Below, in pieces: positions 38,869-49,024 of a stretch of 64,000 bases of DNA. The position numbers and the translations under genes are program-made. The notes below the pieces were generated by a model. That model searched no databases, was not told the origin of the DNA, and saw only the letters and a list, made by a program, of their open reading frames with translations. Location: assembly GCA_965202835.1 (NCBI GenBank), contig CBDBCA010000002.1, positions 1,392,427 to 1,456,426 of the forward strand, written 5' to 3'. This DNA is from Alphaproteobacteria bacterium. GTDB taxonomy: Bacteria > Pseudomonadota > Alphaproteobacteria > MPNO01. Position 1 is the first letter of the stretch. Each line of letters opens with the position of its first letter.

Positions 38869-39724
38869 GCTTTCCTCCCAATCCTTGAGTGCGCGTTTGT
38901 GCCGTTCACGGAACTTGTCCGTGCCGCAACTACTTGGGCCTCTAGCTGTACAGGCCCCGCACAAAACCTCGGGAAATCACTGTTCCGATCAGCCGCTATA
39001 ATTACTTTTTATCTGACCGATAGAAGAAAACAGTATTATGCCGCCACACCGATCACAACCCCTATCTTCCACCACTATGCGGAATTGACGCTGGGCGGCG
39101 CGTATATCGTTGCCCGAAGCCCCTTGAGGGTCACTAACCGGGGGCATTTAATGTGATGATATAATATTACATAACACCGCGCGGAGGAGATAATTCCGGC
39201 GTGAAATCGCGCCGCTCTCCATCCCCGCGCACAGGGCGAAATGTCGGGCAAGGACTCGCAATCCCGCGCGCGCGGCCCGATAACATCGGGTTGCCCTGCG
39301 CCGGGGCGGCAACTCGGGGAGGCGGTCGCCATGCCATCGTTTGCATTGCGTAACGCGAGCGTCCCGCCTTCCCTGCCCGGGGAGCCGGCCGACCTCTTCC
39401 CGTTCCGGGGAAGGTCAGGCCCCGAGCGGCCTGACGGGACCGCGGAGCGAACGCTTGCTCACCCCGCCATCGGAAAGTCCGGGGGCCACGGCCGGGAGGG
39501 CGTCAGGGTGCGCCTTCCACCGTGGGATCTTCGGGCAACGGCAGATCGGCGGCCAGCCGGATCGCGCCCGAGGCGCGGTCGAACAGGCGGACCGCGCGAT
39601 CGCCGGCGAGGGATTCCGGCCGCCATTCGAAGTCCTCGTGCTGGCGCAGGAACGCGACCTCGCCGCGGCCGGGCACCCGACACTCCCGCTTGCCTTTGGG
39701 GCACTTGCCCGTCGCAGTCCGTTC

Positions 39725-39752
39725 AGGTCGGCGAGGTCGGCGAGGTCGGAGA
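39725..39752. repeat. short tandem repeat (GGTCGGCGA)x2.5 inside a degenerate, ambiguously coding region
   Basis: Read directly from the sequence. Minus-strand protein-like segments change frame at this repeat. Confidence 0.5.
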
Positions 39753-39958
39753 GCCAGAGCGCGAGATCGACATCCTTGCACTCGTGCCATAGCTCGATCC
39801 CCTTGCGCCGGCATGGCTGGAAGCGGGGCACCTCCTTCCAGGGATCGCGCGCCACGGAGCCGATCGGGGAGACCGCAACGACATGAGGGTGGTCGCGCCA
39901 CGCGGCCGTCCACTTCCCCACAGGCCCAGCAACCGCAACAGAAGCGGTCAATCGATGT

Positions 39959-40146
39959 TCTATAGCGTGTCCGTTCTTGATTGAACCGCCTCGTCCATTT
40001 TCTTCCGTCATGGTCGGCGAAGGCCGACCATCCACGTTTTGTTTTTGATTCCAGAGACTTAAAAACTCGTGGATGGTCGGCCTTCGCCGACCATGACGGT
40101 TAGGAAGCAAGGGTAACAGCGCTTCCATCTGAGACGGACAGGCTCT
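39959..40146. repeat. MITE-like 188-bp repeat, copy 2
   Basis: Near-identical to 5237-5424, including the 32-bp inverted-repeat arms. Confidence 0.75.
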
Positions 40147-40267
40147 AGGAAAACCGGACAAATCTACTTGCTAACGACAGCCCCGGCTGAGGTGTTGCCG
40201 GAATGGTGATCGAACGGAACGGCGTCCCCCGTTCCGATCTCCTCTATGGGCAGGGAATAGGCTGGCC

Positions 40268-40723
40268 TCAGAACGTGGTCGGCTCTTCCGTCATTTCGCG
40301 GCGCTCCTCGATGTCGAAGCGGTCCCTGTAGATCGGCCGTCCGCCGGTGTTGGGTCCCGGATACTGGCAGAACACGATGGTCACACCGTTCTCGGTGTGG
40401 AGTTCGCGCTCGACATGGGGGTCGGGGTGGAAGACGAAAGTGCCGGCGGTCAGCCTCTCCCCGTTCACCGTGCACTCTCCCTCGGTGATGTACCAGACCT
40501 GCGCGAAATCGTGGGCGTGGTCGGGGAAGTGGCCGCCGGGCTCGAAGCGGGTGACGCCGAACAGCGGCTCGGTCGGGTCTTCGGCGCACGGGTGAAAGGC
40601 GATCTTTCCCCATTCGCCCGGCCAGCGGATGCGCTTCCATTCGAGGTCGTCGACATGGACCGCCCGGTGCGGCGCGCGCTCCCCGATCAGCCTCGCCACC
40701 CGCGCCTCTCGATCCTCGGCCAT
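40268..40723 (-). CDS. cupin-domain protein
   Basis: Cupin metal-binding His pattern (HFPDHAHDF...H). Confidence 0.6.
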   Translation of the reverse strand: MAEDREARVARLIGERAPHRAVHVDDLEWKRIRWPGEWGKIAFHPCAEDPTEPLFGVTRFEPGGHFPDHAHDFAQVWYITEGECTVNGERLTAGTFVFHPDPHVERELHTENGVTIVFCQYPGPNTGGRPIYRDRFDIEERREMTEEPTTF

Positions 40724-40785
40724 TTTCGCCCCTTCCCTCGCGGTTGTAGGGTTCGATCTGACCACTCCACCGGACGGATGACAAC

Positions 40786-41568
40786 ATGGATCTGGGGCTT
40801 GCGGGCAAGCACGCGCTGATCACCGGCGCGTCGCGGGGTATCGGGGAGGCGATCGCCCGCCGCCTCGCGGAAGAGGGCTGCCGGCTGACGCTCGCCGCGC
40901 GGTCGGCCGACCGGCTGGCGGCGCTGCGCGAAGAAATCGGGGCGGCGCATGGCGTGCGGGTGCGCGACATCGCGATCGACCTGACCGAAAAGGGCGCTTC
41001 CGCCAGGCTGGCGGGGAAGGCGGGACCGGTGGACATCCTGATCAACAACGCGGGTGCGATCCCGCCCGGCCGGCTACAAGAGATCGGCGGCGCGGAATGG
41101 CGGGCGGTCTGGGAACTCAAGCTGTTCGGCTATATCGACCTGATCCGCGCTGTCTATCCCGCGATGGCGGCTTCAGGCGGCGGAGCGATCGTGAATATCT
41201 GCGGCGCGAGCGGCGAGCGGCCCAAGGCCAACTATATCTGCGGGGCGACCGCGAACGCGGCGCTGATGGCGTTCACCCAGGCGCTGGGTGGCGACAGCAT
41301 GAACGACGCAATCCGGGTCGTCGCGCTCAATCCGGGCCCGACGGAGACGGAGCATCTCGTCCGGCTGACCCGGAAGTCGGCGGCGGAAAAGCTCGGCGAC
41401 CCGGAGCGCTGGCGCGAGCTCTGGGCGCCGCTCCCGGACGGGCGCGCGGCCACGGTGAACGAAATCGCCGACACCGCGGCGTTCCTCGCGTCGCCGCGCT
41501 CCGCCTATATCTCGGGCACGGTCGTCACCGTCGACGGCGGCTACTGCAACCGCGGCTCGCTGATGTAG
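40786..41568 (+). CDS. SDR-family oxidoreductase
   Basis: TGASRGIG, NNAG, and the catalytic Ser (CGASG) of the SDR core. Confidence 0.8.
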   Translation: MDLGLAGKHALITGASRGIGEAIARRLAEEGCRLTLAARSADRLAALREEIGAAHGVRVRDIAIDLTEKGASARLAGKAGPVDILINNAGAIPPGRLQEIGGAEWRAVWELKLFGYIDLIRAVYPAMAASGGGAIVNICGASGERPKANYICGATANAALMAFTQALGGDSMNDAIRVVALNPGPTETEHLVRLTRKSAAEKLGDPERWRELWAPLPDGRAATVNEIADTAAFLASPRSAYISGTVVTVDGGYCNRGSLM

Positions 41569-41631
41569 CGCATTTTTCGAACGGGCACGATCGCAGCCGG
41601 TTGTCGCCCGGGAGGTCCCCCCTCTCCCTAA

Positions 41632-41706
41632 CCCTCTCCCCGCTGGGGAGAGGGGATTGCGGTGCGGAGTTCCGCCTATCTTCCCCCCTCCCGCTTGCGG
41701 GAGGGG
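41632..41706. other. two tandem GC-rich perfect hairpins (CCCTCTCCCC-gct-GGGGAGAGGG at 41632-41654; CCCCTCCCGC-tt-GCGGGAGGGG at 41685-41706) between convergent genes
   Basis: Read directly from the sequence. Possible bidirectional terminator or repeat element. Confidence 0.5.
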
Positions 41707-41776
41707 CCGGGGGAGGGTGGGTCGGTCGGGTACGGACCGCCGCGACCCGGTCAGGTCGGAAAATGCTGCCGATCGG

Positions 41777-42787
41777 TCACGCGGCGGGCGCCTCTTCGCC
41801 CTGCAGTTCCGGCATGATCTCTCGGGCGAACCGGCGCAGCGTTTCCACGTCGTCGGGCAGCAGGATCAGGATGTATTCGAAACCCATCTCCTTGAGGCGG
41901 CGGAGTCGGCGCAGGACTTCATCCGGGTCTCCGATCAGCGCATCGGACGCTCGGCCCGGTTCGGCATAGGACACGGGCTGGGTATCGTCGACGCCGGGAA
42001 GTGAGCCATAGGCCCCGACCATGCGTGAAACGCGTTGCTCGCGGGCTCGCACCGCCGCTTCGTACTCGCGCCCGTCCTCCGCGATGACGACGGCGCGGGC
42101 GAGGCCGACCTGCATGGGATCGAACGGCCTACCGGCTTGGGCGCAGGCTGAGCGCCATACCCGGAGCCGTTCCCCGGTACGCCCGAACGAGGCGAACTGG
42201 TCGAAGAGCACGTTCAGCCCGGCTCCCGCCACGCGGGCGATGGATTCGTCGGTGCCGGCTCCGGTCCACAGCGGCGGATGGGGTTTCTGCAGCACAGGCG
42301 GCTCGACCACGATGTTGCTGTATTGCCAGTACCTGCCGTCGTGACTGAACCGCTCGTCGGAGGTCCATGACCTGACGATCAGTCCAAGGGATTCCTCGAA
42401 GCGATCCAGCGCTTCTTCTCGGGGAATACGGAAGCTCTCGAACTCGACATCCCGGTACCCCTTTCCGATGCCGAAATCCAGCCGGCCCCGCGAGAGCAAG
42501 TCGAGGGTCGCCGCCTGCTCCGCGAGCAATACCGGGTCGTGCCACGGCAGCACCGTGACCGCGGTTCCAAGACGGATGCGTTCGGTCTTCGCCGCCAGAT
42601 AGGTCAGAAGGTTGAGGGTCGCCGAAACCTGGCCTGCACCGGTGAAATGGTGTTCCACCAGGAAGACGCTGTGGTAGCCGAGCTCCTCGGCCTCCTGCAC
42701 CAAGTCGACCAGCTTGCCGTAACCCTGGCTGTCCGGGGATTCGTCGCCGCGCCGAGCGATCGCGCCGCCGAAGAGGCCGAATTTCAT
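41777..42787 (-). CDS. LLM-class flavin-dependent oxidoreductase
   Basis: Luciferase-like TIM-barrel family. Confidence 0.7.
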   Translation of the reverse strand: MKFGLFGGAIARRGDESPDSQGYGKLVDLVQEAEELGYHSVFLVEHHFTGAGQVSATLNLLTYLAAKTERIRLGTAVTVLPWHDPVLLAEQAATLDLLSRGRLDFGIGKGYRDVEFESFRIPREEALDRFEESLGLIVRSWTSDERFSHDGRYWQYSNIVVEPPVLQKPHPPLWTGAGTDESIARVAGAGLNVLFDQFASFGRTGERLRVWRSACAQAGRPFDPMQVGLARAVVIAEDGREYEAAVRAREQRVSRMVGAYGSLPGVDDTQPVSYAEPGRASDALIGDPDEVLRRLRRLKEMGFEYILILLPDDVETLRRFAREIMPELQGEEAPAA

Positions 42788-43980
42788 GCGGGATCGCGGC
42801 CGAACGCGCCGGCCTCGCGGAGCGCGGCGATCTCCGCCGCGTCCAACCCGGCCTCGCCCAACACTTCCAAGGTGTCGGCGCCGAGCCGGGGCGCGGGGCG
42901 GGGCGCGCCGGTCGGGGTCCCGGAGAACACCGCCGCCGGGCGCGCCTGACGCAGCTTTCCGGCATCGGGATGCTCCGCCTCGATGACGATCTCGTTGGCC
43001 GCGATCTGCTCATTGGAGATCATCTGGTTTCGCGTCAGCACCGGGACGCAGGGAATGTCGACCGCCTCCAGCCGCGCCAGCCAATAGGCCGAGCTGTTGG
43101 TCTTCAAGGCCTCTTGGGTCAGGCCGAGCCGGTCGTCGATGTTCTCCTGGCGCAGCTCCTGGGTCTTGAACCGTGGATCGTCGAGCAATTCCGGCCGATC
43201 GATCGCTTCGGTGAGCCCGCGCCACTGCTTGTCGGTCTGGACCGCGACGCTGATATAGCCGTCCGAGGTCTCGTAGATCAGGTCGATGAAGCTGTGCGCC
43301 GCCTGTTGCGGCAGCTCGTCGCCGACGAAAGTCTGGCTTCCCATGTCGGAGGCCCAGAGGAAGGCGATCACGCTGTCCAGCATCGAGACCCGGACATGCT
43401 GGCCGCCCCCCGTCCGCTCGCGGGCCAGCAGCGCGGCGGTGACCGCCTGGGACGCCGTCACGCCGGTCAGCTTGTCGGGAAGAATGGTTCGAACCAGCCT
43501 GGGCCTGACCTCGTCCGATCCCGCCTGCACCGTCGTCAGCCCGGATATGGCCTGGATCAACGGGTCGTAGACCGGACGCCGCGCGAGCGGGCCGCGATGA
43601 CCGAAGCCGGAGATCGAGACATAGACGATATCCGGCCGCGCCGCGCGCACCGCCCCTTCGTCGACGCCCAAACGCTCGACAACGCCCGGGCGGAAGTTCT
43701 GGATGAAGACATCGGCGCCCGCGACGATCGCCATCAGCGCCTCGAGACCCTTCGGGTTCTTGAGATCGAGCGCGATCGAACGCTTGTTCCGGTTGTTGTT
43801 GACGAACGATGCCGAGAACCCGCCGCGCCGGTTCGCCGAGGCGCGGGTGAAATCGCCGCCGTGAGGGGTCTCGACCTTGATCACCTCGGCGCCCTGGTCG
43901 GCGAGGATCATCGTCGCCAGCGGCCCGGAGATCACCGAGGTGAGGTCGACGATGCGGAAGCCTTCCAGAGGTCCGGCCAT
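42784..43980 (-). CDS. CaiB/BaiF-family (type III) CoA-transferase
   Basis: Family-typical N-terminus LEGFRIVDLTSVISGP and the catalytic Asp region. Confidence 0.75.
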   Translation of the reverse strand: MAGPLEGFRIVDLTSVISGPLATMILADQGAEVIKVETPHGGDFTRASANRRGGFSASFVNNNRNKRSIALDLKNPKGLEALMAIVAGADVFIQNFRPGVVERLGVDEGAVRAARPDIVYVSISGFGHRGPLARRPVYDPLIQAISGLTTVQAGSDEVRPRLVRTILPDKLTGVTASQAVTAALLARERTGGGQHVRVSMLDSVIAFLWASDMGSQTFVGDELPQQAAHSFIDLIYETSDGYISVAVQTDKQWRGLTEAIDRPELLDDPRFKTQELRQENIDDRLGLTQEALKTNSSAYWLARLEAVDIPCVPVLTRNQMISNEQIAANEIVIEAEHPDAGKLRQARPAAVFSGTPTGAPRPAPRLGADTLEVLGEAGLDAAEIAALREAGAFGRDPA

Positions 43981-43990
43981 GTTTGCTCCC

Positions 43991-44905
43991 TCAACCGTCG
44001 ACGGGCGGGTGGCGCTCGTGCCAGTGCCGCGCGATGTCGACACGCCGGCACACCCAGACCCGGTCGTGGTCGAGCGCGTAATCCATGAAACGCGCGAGCG
44101 CCGCCGCGCGACCCGGCCTTCCGGCGAGCCGGCAATGAAGACCGATGCTCATCATCTTGGGCGCGGTGTCCCCCTCCGCATAGAGCACGTCGAACGCATC
44201 CTTGAGGTAGCCGAAGAACCCCTCGCCCGAGGTGAAACCGGGCGGAACAGCGAACTTCATGTCGTTCTGATCGAGGGTGTAGGGAACGATCAACTGGTGC
44301 TTGCCGTCGATTTTCACCCAATAGGGGAGGTCGTCGTTATAGGCATCGGCGTCGTAGAGGAAGCCGCCGTCCTCCACCACCAGTCGCCGCGTGATGGGGC
44401 TCACCCGCCCCCCGTACCAGCCCAAGGGGCGCTCTCCCACGATCTTCTCGTGCGCCGCGATGGCAAGCCGCATGTGCTCTCGCTCGGTCGCTTCGTCGAC
44501 ATGCTGGTAGTCGATCCACCGCCAGCCGTGCGTCGCCAGCTCGTGCCCCGCCTCGTGCATGGCGATGGCGGCGTCGGGATGCTTCTCGATGGCGAGGCCG
44601 ACCGCGTAGCAGGTGAAGTGGGTGCCGCGCGATTCGAACAACCGCATCAGGCGCCAGAACCCCGCTCGGCTGCCGTACTCGTACATCGTCTCGGCGTTGA
44701 TGTTGCGCGCGCCCATGACCGGCGCCCCGCCCGGGGTCTCGCTGAGGAACGTCTCGGAGTGGGCGTCGCCGTTGAGCACGGTATTCTCGCCGCCCTCCTC
44801 GTAGTTGACGACGAACTGGACCGCCAGTCTCGCCCCGCCCGGCCATTCCGGATCGGGCGGCGTCGGGCCGTAGCCGACGAGGTCGCGGGGGTAGGGATCG
44901 TCCAT
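43991..44905 (-). CDS. puuE: polysaccharide-deacetylase-family allantoinase (PuuE-like)
   Basis: NodB-homology domain protein adjacent to an allantoate amidohydrolase-like gene. Key residues are not verified. Confidence 0.55.
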   Translation of the reverse strand: MDDPYPRDLVGYGPTPPDPEWPGGARLAVQFVVNYEEGGENTVLNGDAHSETFLSETPGGAPVMGARNINAETMYEYGSRAGFWRLMRLFESRGTHFTCYAVGLAIEKHPDAAIAMHEAGHELATHGWRWIDYQHVDEATEREHMRLAIAAHEKIVGERPLGWYGGRVSPITRRLVVEDGGFLYDADAYNDDLPYWVKIDGKHQLIVPYTLDQNDMKFAVPPGFTSGEGFFGYLKDAFDVLYAEGDTAPKMMSIGLHCRLAGRPGRAAALARFMDYALDHDRVWVCRRVDIARHWHERHPPVDG

Positions 44906-44914
44906 TTCAGCTCC

Positions 44915-46177
44915 TCAGCTGTCGGCGAGCGCGCACAGCGTCTCCGCGAGGACCCGCGCGCCGGCGGCGCAATCCTCGGGCGAGGCGTATTCGCTCTCGT
45001 GATGGCTGACGCCCCGCAGGCAGGGAATGAAGATCATCGCCGTCGGGCTCACCCCGGCGACGAAGGCCGCGTCGTGGTTCGCGCCCGAGGGAAGCCGTAG
45101 CGACGGCAGGTCGCAGGTCGTGGCGCTTTTTTCGATCAGGTCGACGATGCCGGTCTCGAACGCGACGGGCCTCTGGTCGAAGGTCCGGCTGATGCGGACC
45201 GAGCAGGGCAGCGCGGCATTCTCGCATACCCGGGCGATGCGCCGCGCCCGGCGATCCAGCTCCCAGCCGTCCGGATGCCTGAGGTCGATGGAGAAGCGCA
45301 CCTTGGACGGCACCGTGTTGGGCGAGTTGGGCTCGACCTCGAAACGGCCGACGGTAAAGCGCAGCACGTCCTTCGGGTCCGACATGGTTTCGTTGAGCCG
45401 GGCCACCGCGCGCATGGCCGCCTGCAGCGCGTCGCGCCTTCCCCTGACCGGGGTGGTGCCCGCATGTGCGGTGGCGCCCAGCACTTCCACCACGAAGCGC
45501 TGCGATCCCTGCACGCCGGTCACCGCGCCGATGGGAACTTCGGCGGCCTCCAAAACGGGACCCTGTTCGATATGGGCCTCGACATAGGCCGCCGGCGGGA
45601 TCGTTTCATGGCGCCGCGGCAGGTCGGGCGTGGCGCCCAAAGTCCTCGAAAGCGCCCGGCCAAAGGAAATTCCGTTGGCATCGACCGCGTCCTCGAACCG
45701 CTCCAGCGGCGCCGCGCCGGAAAACACCATCGAGCCCATGCAGCCCGGATCGAAACGGCTGCCCTCCTCGTTGGTCCAGGCGACAAGCTCGACCGGGCGC
45801 CTGGTGGCGGTCTCGGCGTCGTCCAGCGCCTCGATCGCCTCCAACCCGGCGATCACGCCGTAGATTCCGTCGAACCGGCCGCCGCGCGGCTGGCTGTCCA
45901 TGTGGCTGCCGGTCAGCACCGGCGCCAGATCGGGTTCCGAGCCGGGCCGGCGGATGAACAGATTCGCCGCTTCGTCGACGGCCACCGCATAACCCCGCCT
46001 TTGCGCCCAGTCGATCAGCAATTCGCGCGCCGCGATGTCTTCTTCCGACAACGCCTGACGATTGACGCCGTTGCCGGGAATGGCGCCGATTTCGGCCATT
46101 TCCATCAGTCGGCGCCACAGCCGGCCGCCATCGACCCGCCCCGCAACACCGTTGAGCTCGCGCATCGCGTCTTCCAT
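44915..46177 (-). CDS. M20-family Zn-dependent amidohydrolase (allantoate amidohydrolase / N-carbamoyl-amino-acid hydrolase-like)
   Basis: 420 aa from MEDAMREL. M20 metal ligands (HxD, ...E, H). The ORF-track N-terminal extension is excluded. Confidence 0.7.
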   Translation of the reverse strand: MEDAMRELNGVAGRVDGGRLWRRLMEMAEIGAIPGNGVNRQALSEEDIAARELLIDWAQRRGYAVAVDEAANLFIRRPGSEPDLAPVLTGSHMDSQPRGGRFDGIYGVIAGLEAIEALDDAETATRRPVELVAWTNEEGSRFDPGCMGSMVFSGAAPLERFEDAVDANGISFGRALSRTLGATPDLPRRHETIPPAAYVEAHIEQGPVLEAAEVPIGAVTGVQGSQRFVVEVLGATAHAGTTPVRGRRDALQAAMRAVARLNETMSDPKDVLRFTVGRFEVEPNSPNTVPSKVRFSIDLRHPDGWELDRRARRIARVCENAALPCSVRISRTFDQRPVAFETGIVDLIEKSATTCDLPSLRLPSGANHDAAFVAGVSPTAMIFIPCLRGVSHHESEYASPEDCAAGARVLAETLCALADS

Positions 46178-46246
46178 CGAGCGACGCCCCTCGATCTTCG
46201 TGATAGGGTCAAACTGCCACGCACGACCGATACAGGGAAGACCGAG

Positions 46247-46792
46247 ATGAGCCGACTGCCCCCGCTCGAAACGCACGAGATGACGCCCGAACAGCGCCGG
46301 GTTCACGACGACATCGCGAACGGTCCCAGGGGAAGCGTGCGGGGGCCGTTTCCGGTCCTCGTCCGCAGTCCCGGCCTCGCCGATCACGTGCAAAAGGCGG
46401 GCGGTTACCTGCGTTACGAGAGCGGGCTGCCCGGCAAGCTGCGCGAGCTCGCGATTCTCACCGTCGCGCGATACTGGGGGGCAGGGTACGAATGGGCCGC
46501 GCATGCTCCGATCGCCGAGTCGGAGGGGCTGGCGAGCGCCACGATCGAGGCCATCCGCATCGGCGCCGCGCCCGACTTCGCGGACCCGGCGGAGGCCGCC
46601 GTTCATGCTTTCTGCACGGAGGTGCTGACCACCAGCGAGGCGGGGGACGAGACCTACCGCGCCGCCCTCGACCGCCTCGGCGAGGAGGGGCTGGTCGATC
46701 TTGTCGGGCTGATGGGCTATTATTGCCTGGTCTCTTTCACCCTCAACGTGTTCCGAATCGAGCCGCCCGGCGGTCCCCCGTCATTCGCCTGA
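46247..46792 (+). CDS. carboxymuconolactone decarboxylase (CMD/AhpD-like) family protein, paralog of 3881..4429
   Basis: Shares blocks NGPRG, GPFPVL, SPGLAD and EWAAHAPIA with the other copy. Divergently transcribed from the allC-like gene, with a 70-bp gap. Confidence 0.7.
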   Translation: MSRLPPLETHEMTPEQRRVHDDIANGPRGSVRGPFPVLVRSPGLADHVQKAGGYLRYESGLPGKLRELAILTVARYWGAGYEWAAHAPIAESEGLASATIEAIRIGAAPDFADPAEAAVHAFCTEVLTTSEAGDETYRAALDRLGEEGLVDLVGLMGYYCLVSFTLNVFRIEPPGGPPSFA

Positions 46793-46829
46793 TCGCGGCG
46801 CAGTTCACGGATCAAGCGCAAGGTCGAGC

Positions 46830-48074
46830 ATGGCGATCAACCGGGCCGGCTTCACCCGTTCCCAGACCCTGACGGTGCTGACCGCGTCCAGCATCATGCT
46901 GACCCTCTCGATGGGAATGCGGCAGAGCTTCGGCCTGTTCGTCGTTCCGGTGACGGAGGGCATCGACGTCTCGGTTGCCGACTTCACGCTGGCCCTGGCG
47001 ATCCAGAACCTGGTCTGGGGGCTGAGCCAGCCCATGATCGGCGCGCTCGCCGACCGCTTCGGCTGCCGCATCGTGACGGTGTTCGGCACCTTCCTGTTCG
47101 CCGGCGGGCTCGCGCTCACGCTCGCCGCGACCGGGCCGGCGACGCTGATCGTCGGGCTCGGGCTGATGATAGGCGTCGGGCTCGCCTGCACGGCGCTCAA
47201 TCTCGGTCTCGCGGCGACCGCCAAGGTGATCTCGCCGATCAGGCGCTCGATGATCCTCGGCACCGTGGCGGCGGCGGGCTCGATCGGCGCCTTCATCGCG
47301 GCGCCCATCGCCCAGGGCCTGATCGGTCTCGGCGGGTGGGAGCTCGCCATAATCGGTTTCATCGGGTTGTGCGGGTTGATGCTGCCGGCCGCGATGTTCG
47401 TCGGCGCGGGGGACCGGCCGAAGGATACCGAGGTGCCGTTCGTGCCGGACCGGAGCGCCGGGCTCACCTTCGCCCAGGCGCTCGGCGAAGCCGGAAGGCA
47501 TCGCGGCTTCGTCATCATGGCGGTCGCGTTCTTCGTCTGCGGGCTGCAGCTGATGTTCATCGCGACCCATCTGCCGGCCTATCTCGCGACCTGCGGCCAG
47601 CCGCCCGAGCTTGGCGCGATGTCGCTCGCGGTGATCGGCGGGTTCAACGCGATGGGCTGCTACCTGCTCGGCTGGCTCGGCGACCATTTTCCCAAGCACA
47701 TCCTGCTCGGCACCGTCTACATCCTGCGCTCGCTGCTGATCGTGATCTATTTCTCGCTGCCTGCCTCGGCCACGACCACGCTGATCTTCGCCGCGCTGAT
47801 AGGGGTGCTCTGGCTCGGCGTGGCACCGCTGGTCAACGGGCTGGTGGTGCAGATGTTCGGCCTCTCCTTCGTCGCGACGCTGTCGGGGATCGCGTTCATC
47901 AGCCACCAGGCGGGTTCGTTCTTCGGCGCCTGGGGCGGCGGGCTCCTGTTCGACACGTTGGGCAATTACGACCTCGCCTGGCAGATCGGCGTGGCGATCG
48001 GCATCACGGCTGGGATCGCCCAGATGTTCATGGACGACACGCCGACACGGCGGATGGCGGGCGCTCCCGCCTGA
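46830..48074 (+). CDS. MFS transporter
   Basis: 12-TM profile and the MFS loop motif. Confidence 0.75.
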   Translation: MAINRAGFTRSQTLTVLTASSIMLTLSMGMRQSFGLFVVPVTEGIDVSVADFTLALAIQNLVWGLSQPMIGALADRFGCRIVTVFGTFLFAGGLALTLAATGPATLIVGLGLMIGVGLACTALNLGLAATAKVISPIRRSMILGTVAAAGSIGAFIAAPIAQGLIGLGGWELAIIGFIGLCGLMLPAAMFVGAGDRPKDTEVPFVPDRSAGLTFAQALGEAGRHRGFVIMAVAFFVCGLQLMFIATHLPAYLATCGQPPELGAMSLAVIGGFNAMGCYLLGWLGDHFPKHILLGTVYILRSLLIVIYFSLPASATTTLIFAALIGVLWLGVAPLVNGLVVQMFGLSFVATLSGIAFISHQAGSFFGAWGGGLLFDTLGNYDLAWQIGVAIGITAGIAQMFMDDTPTRRMAGAPA

Positions 48075-48078
48075 GGGC

Positions 48079-48987
48079 TCAGCCCGCCGCGCCGTCCCGT
48101 TCCCGCACCTCGCGCTGCGCCGGGATCCAGCGAACCGCGACCACCGCCCCGATGACCAGCGCCGCGCCCAGCAGCTGCAGCCCGTCGAGATGCTGGCCGA
48201 GAAGCACGAAGCCGAACACGATCGCCGCCACCGGCTCCAGGTTCATGATCAGCGACATCCGGACCGAGCCGATCGAGCCGATGGCGTAGAACACGCCGAT
48301 GACCGCGATGCAGTAGAACAGCGGAACGAAGGCGAACATGATCCACGCCTCCTGCGTGTTCGGCAGGGAGTAATCGCCGAGCGCCACCGAAGCGGCGAGG
48401 AACGCGATCACCGGCACGGCGTGGAGATGGAGCGTGATCGAGCGGCTGTCCGGCGAACGCCGGATGATCGGCTGAGAGACCAGGGCGACCACGGAAAAGG
48501 CCGCCGCCGCGGTGACCGCGAGCACGATGCCGAGCACGCTGAAATCGAAGTCGCCGCCGAGATCGAGCACCAGGACTAGCCCGGCGAAAGCCACCGCGAG
48601 AGCGGTCACGATCGCCGGCGTGATCCGCTCCTGGCCGCTCAGATGCGCGCCGGCCGCGATGAAGAACGGGTAGGTGTAAAGCAGCAGCGTCGCGTGGGCG
48701 AGCGGCAGCAGCAGGACCGCGATGTAATGGGTGATCGACTGCACCGCCATCACGCTGCCGAGCGCGAGCACGATCCAGCGGTCGCGCGGAAGGAGCGCGA
48801 ACGAGCCGGCGGTGACGCGGATCAGCAGAACCAGGAAGATCGCCGACAGCACGGTCCGGAAAGTCGTCACCGAGAGCGGCGTCGTCCCGTAGCCGTATGT
48901 ATAGACGGCGAGTCCGGTGCCGAAGGAGAAGCTGAGCGACGCGGTGACGGCCATCGCGTAGCCGAGCAGTCTGCGCGGCAGGATCAT
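48079..48987 (-). CDS. DMT-superfamily (EamA-like) transporter
   Basis: 10-TM protein with duplicated EamA-like halves. Confidence 0.7.
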   Translation of the reverse strand: MILPRRLLGYAMAVTASLSFSFGTGLAVYTYGYGTTPLSVTTFRTVLSAIFLVLLIRVTAGSFALLPRDRWIVLALGSVMAVQSITHYIAVLLLPLAHATLLLYTYPFFIAAGAHLSGQERITPAIVTALAVAFAGLVLVLDLGGDFDFSVLGIVLAVTAAAAFSVVALVSQPIIRRSPDSRSITLHLHAVPVIAFLAASVALGDYSLPNTQEAWIMFAFVPLFYCIAVIGVFYAIGSIGSVRMSLIMNLEPVAAIVFGFVLLGQHLDGLQLLGAALVIGAVVAVRWIPAQREVRERDGAAG

Positions 48988-49024
48988 CCGAAAGCGATCG
49001 GACGGGTCGGGGATGTGAAGGGGG

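Noticed and set aside
39725-39752. possible CRISPR-like repeat
   Set aside because: It is only a 9-bp unit in 2.5 copies with no spacers. It is a simple tandem repeat, not a CRISPR array.
39415-40161. 248-aa minus-strand ORF running through MITE copy 2
   Set aside because: About 200 nt of it is the repeat element itself (the same sequence is non-coding at 5237-5424). The remainder changes frame at a tandem repeat. It is treated as degenerate, not a CDS.
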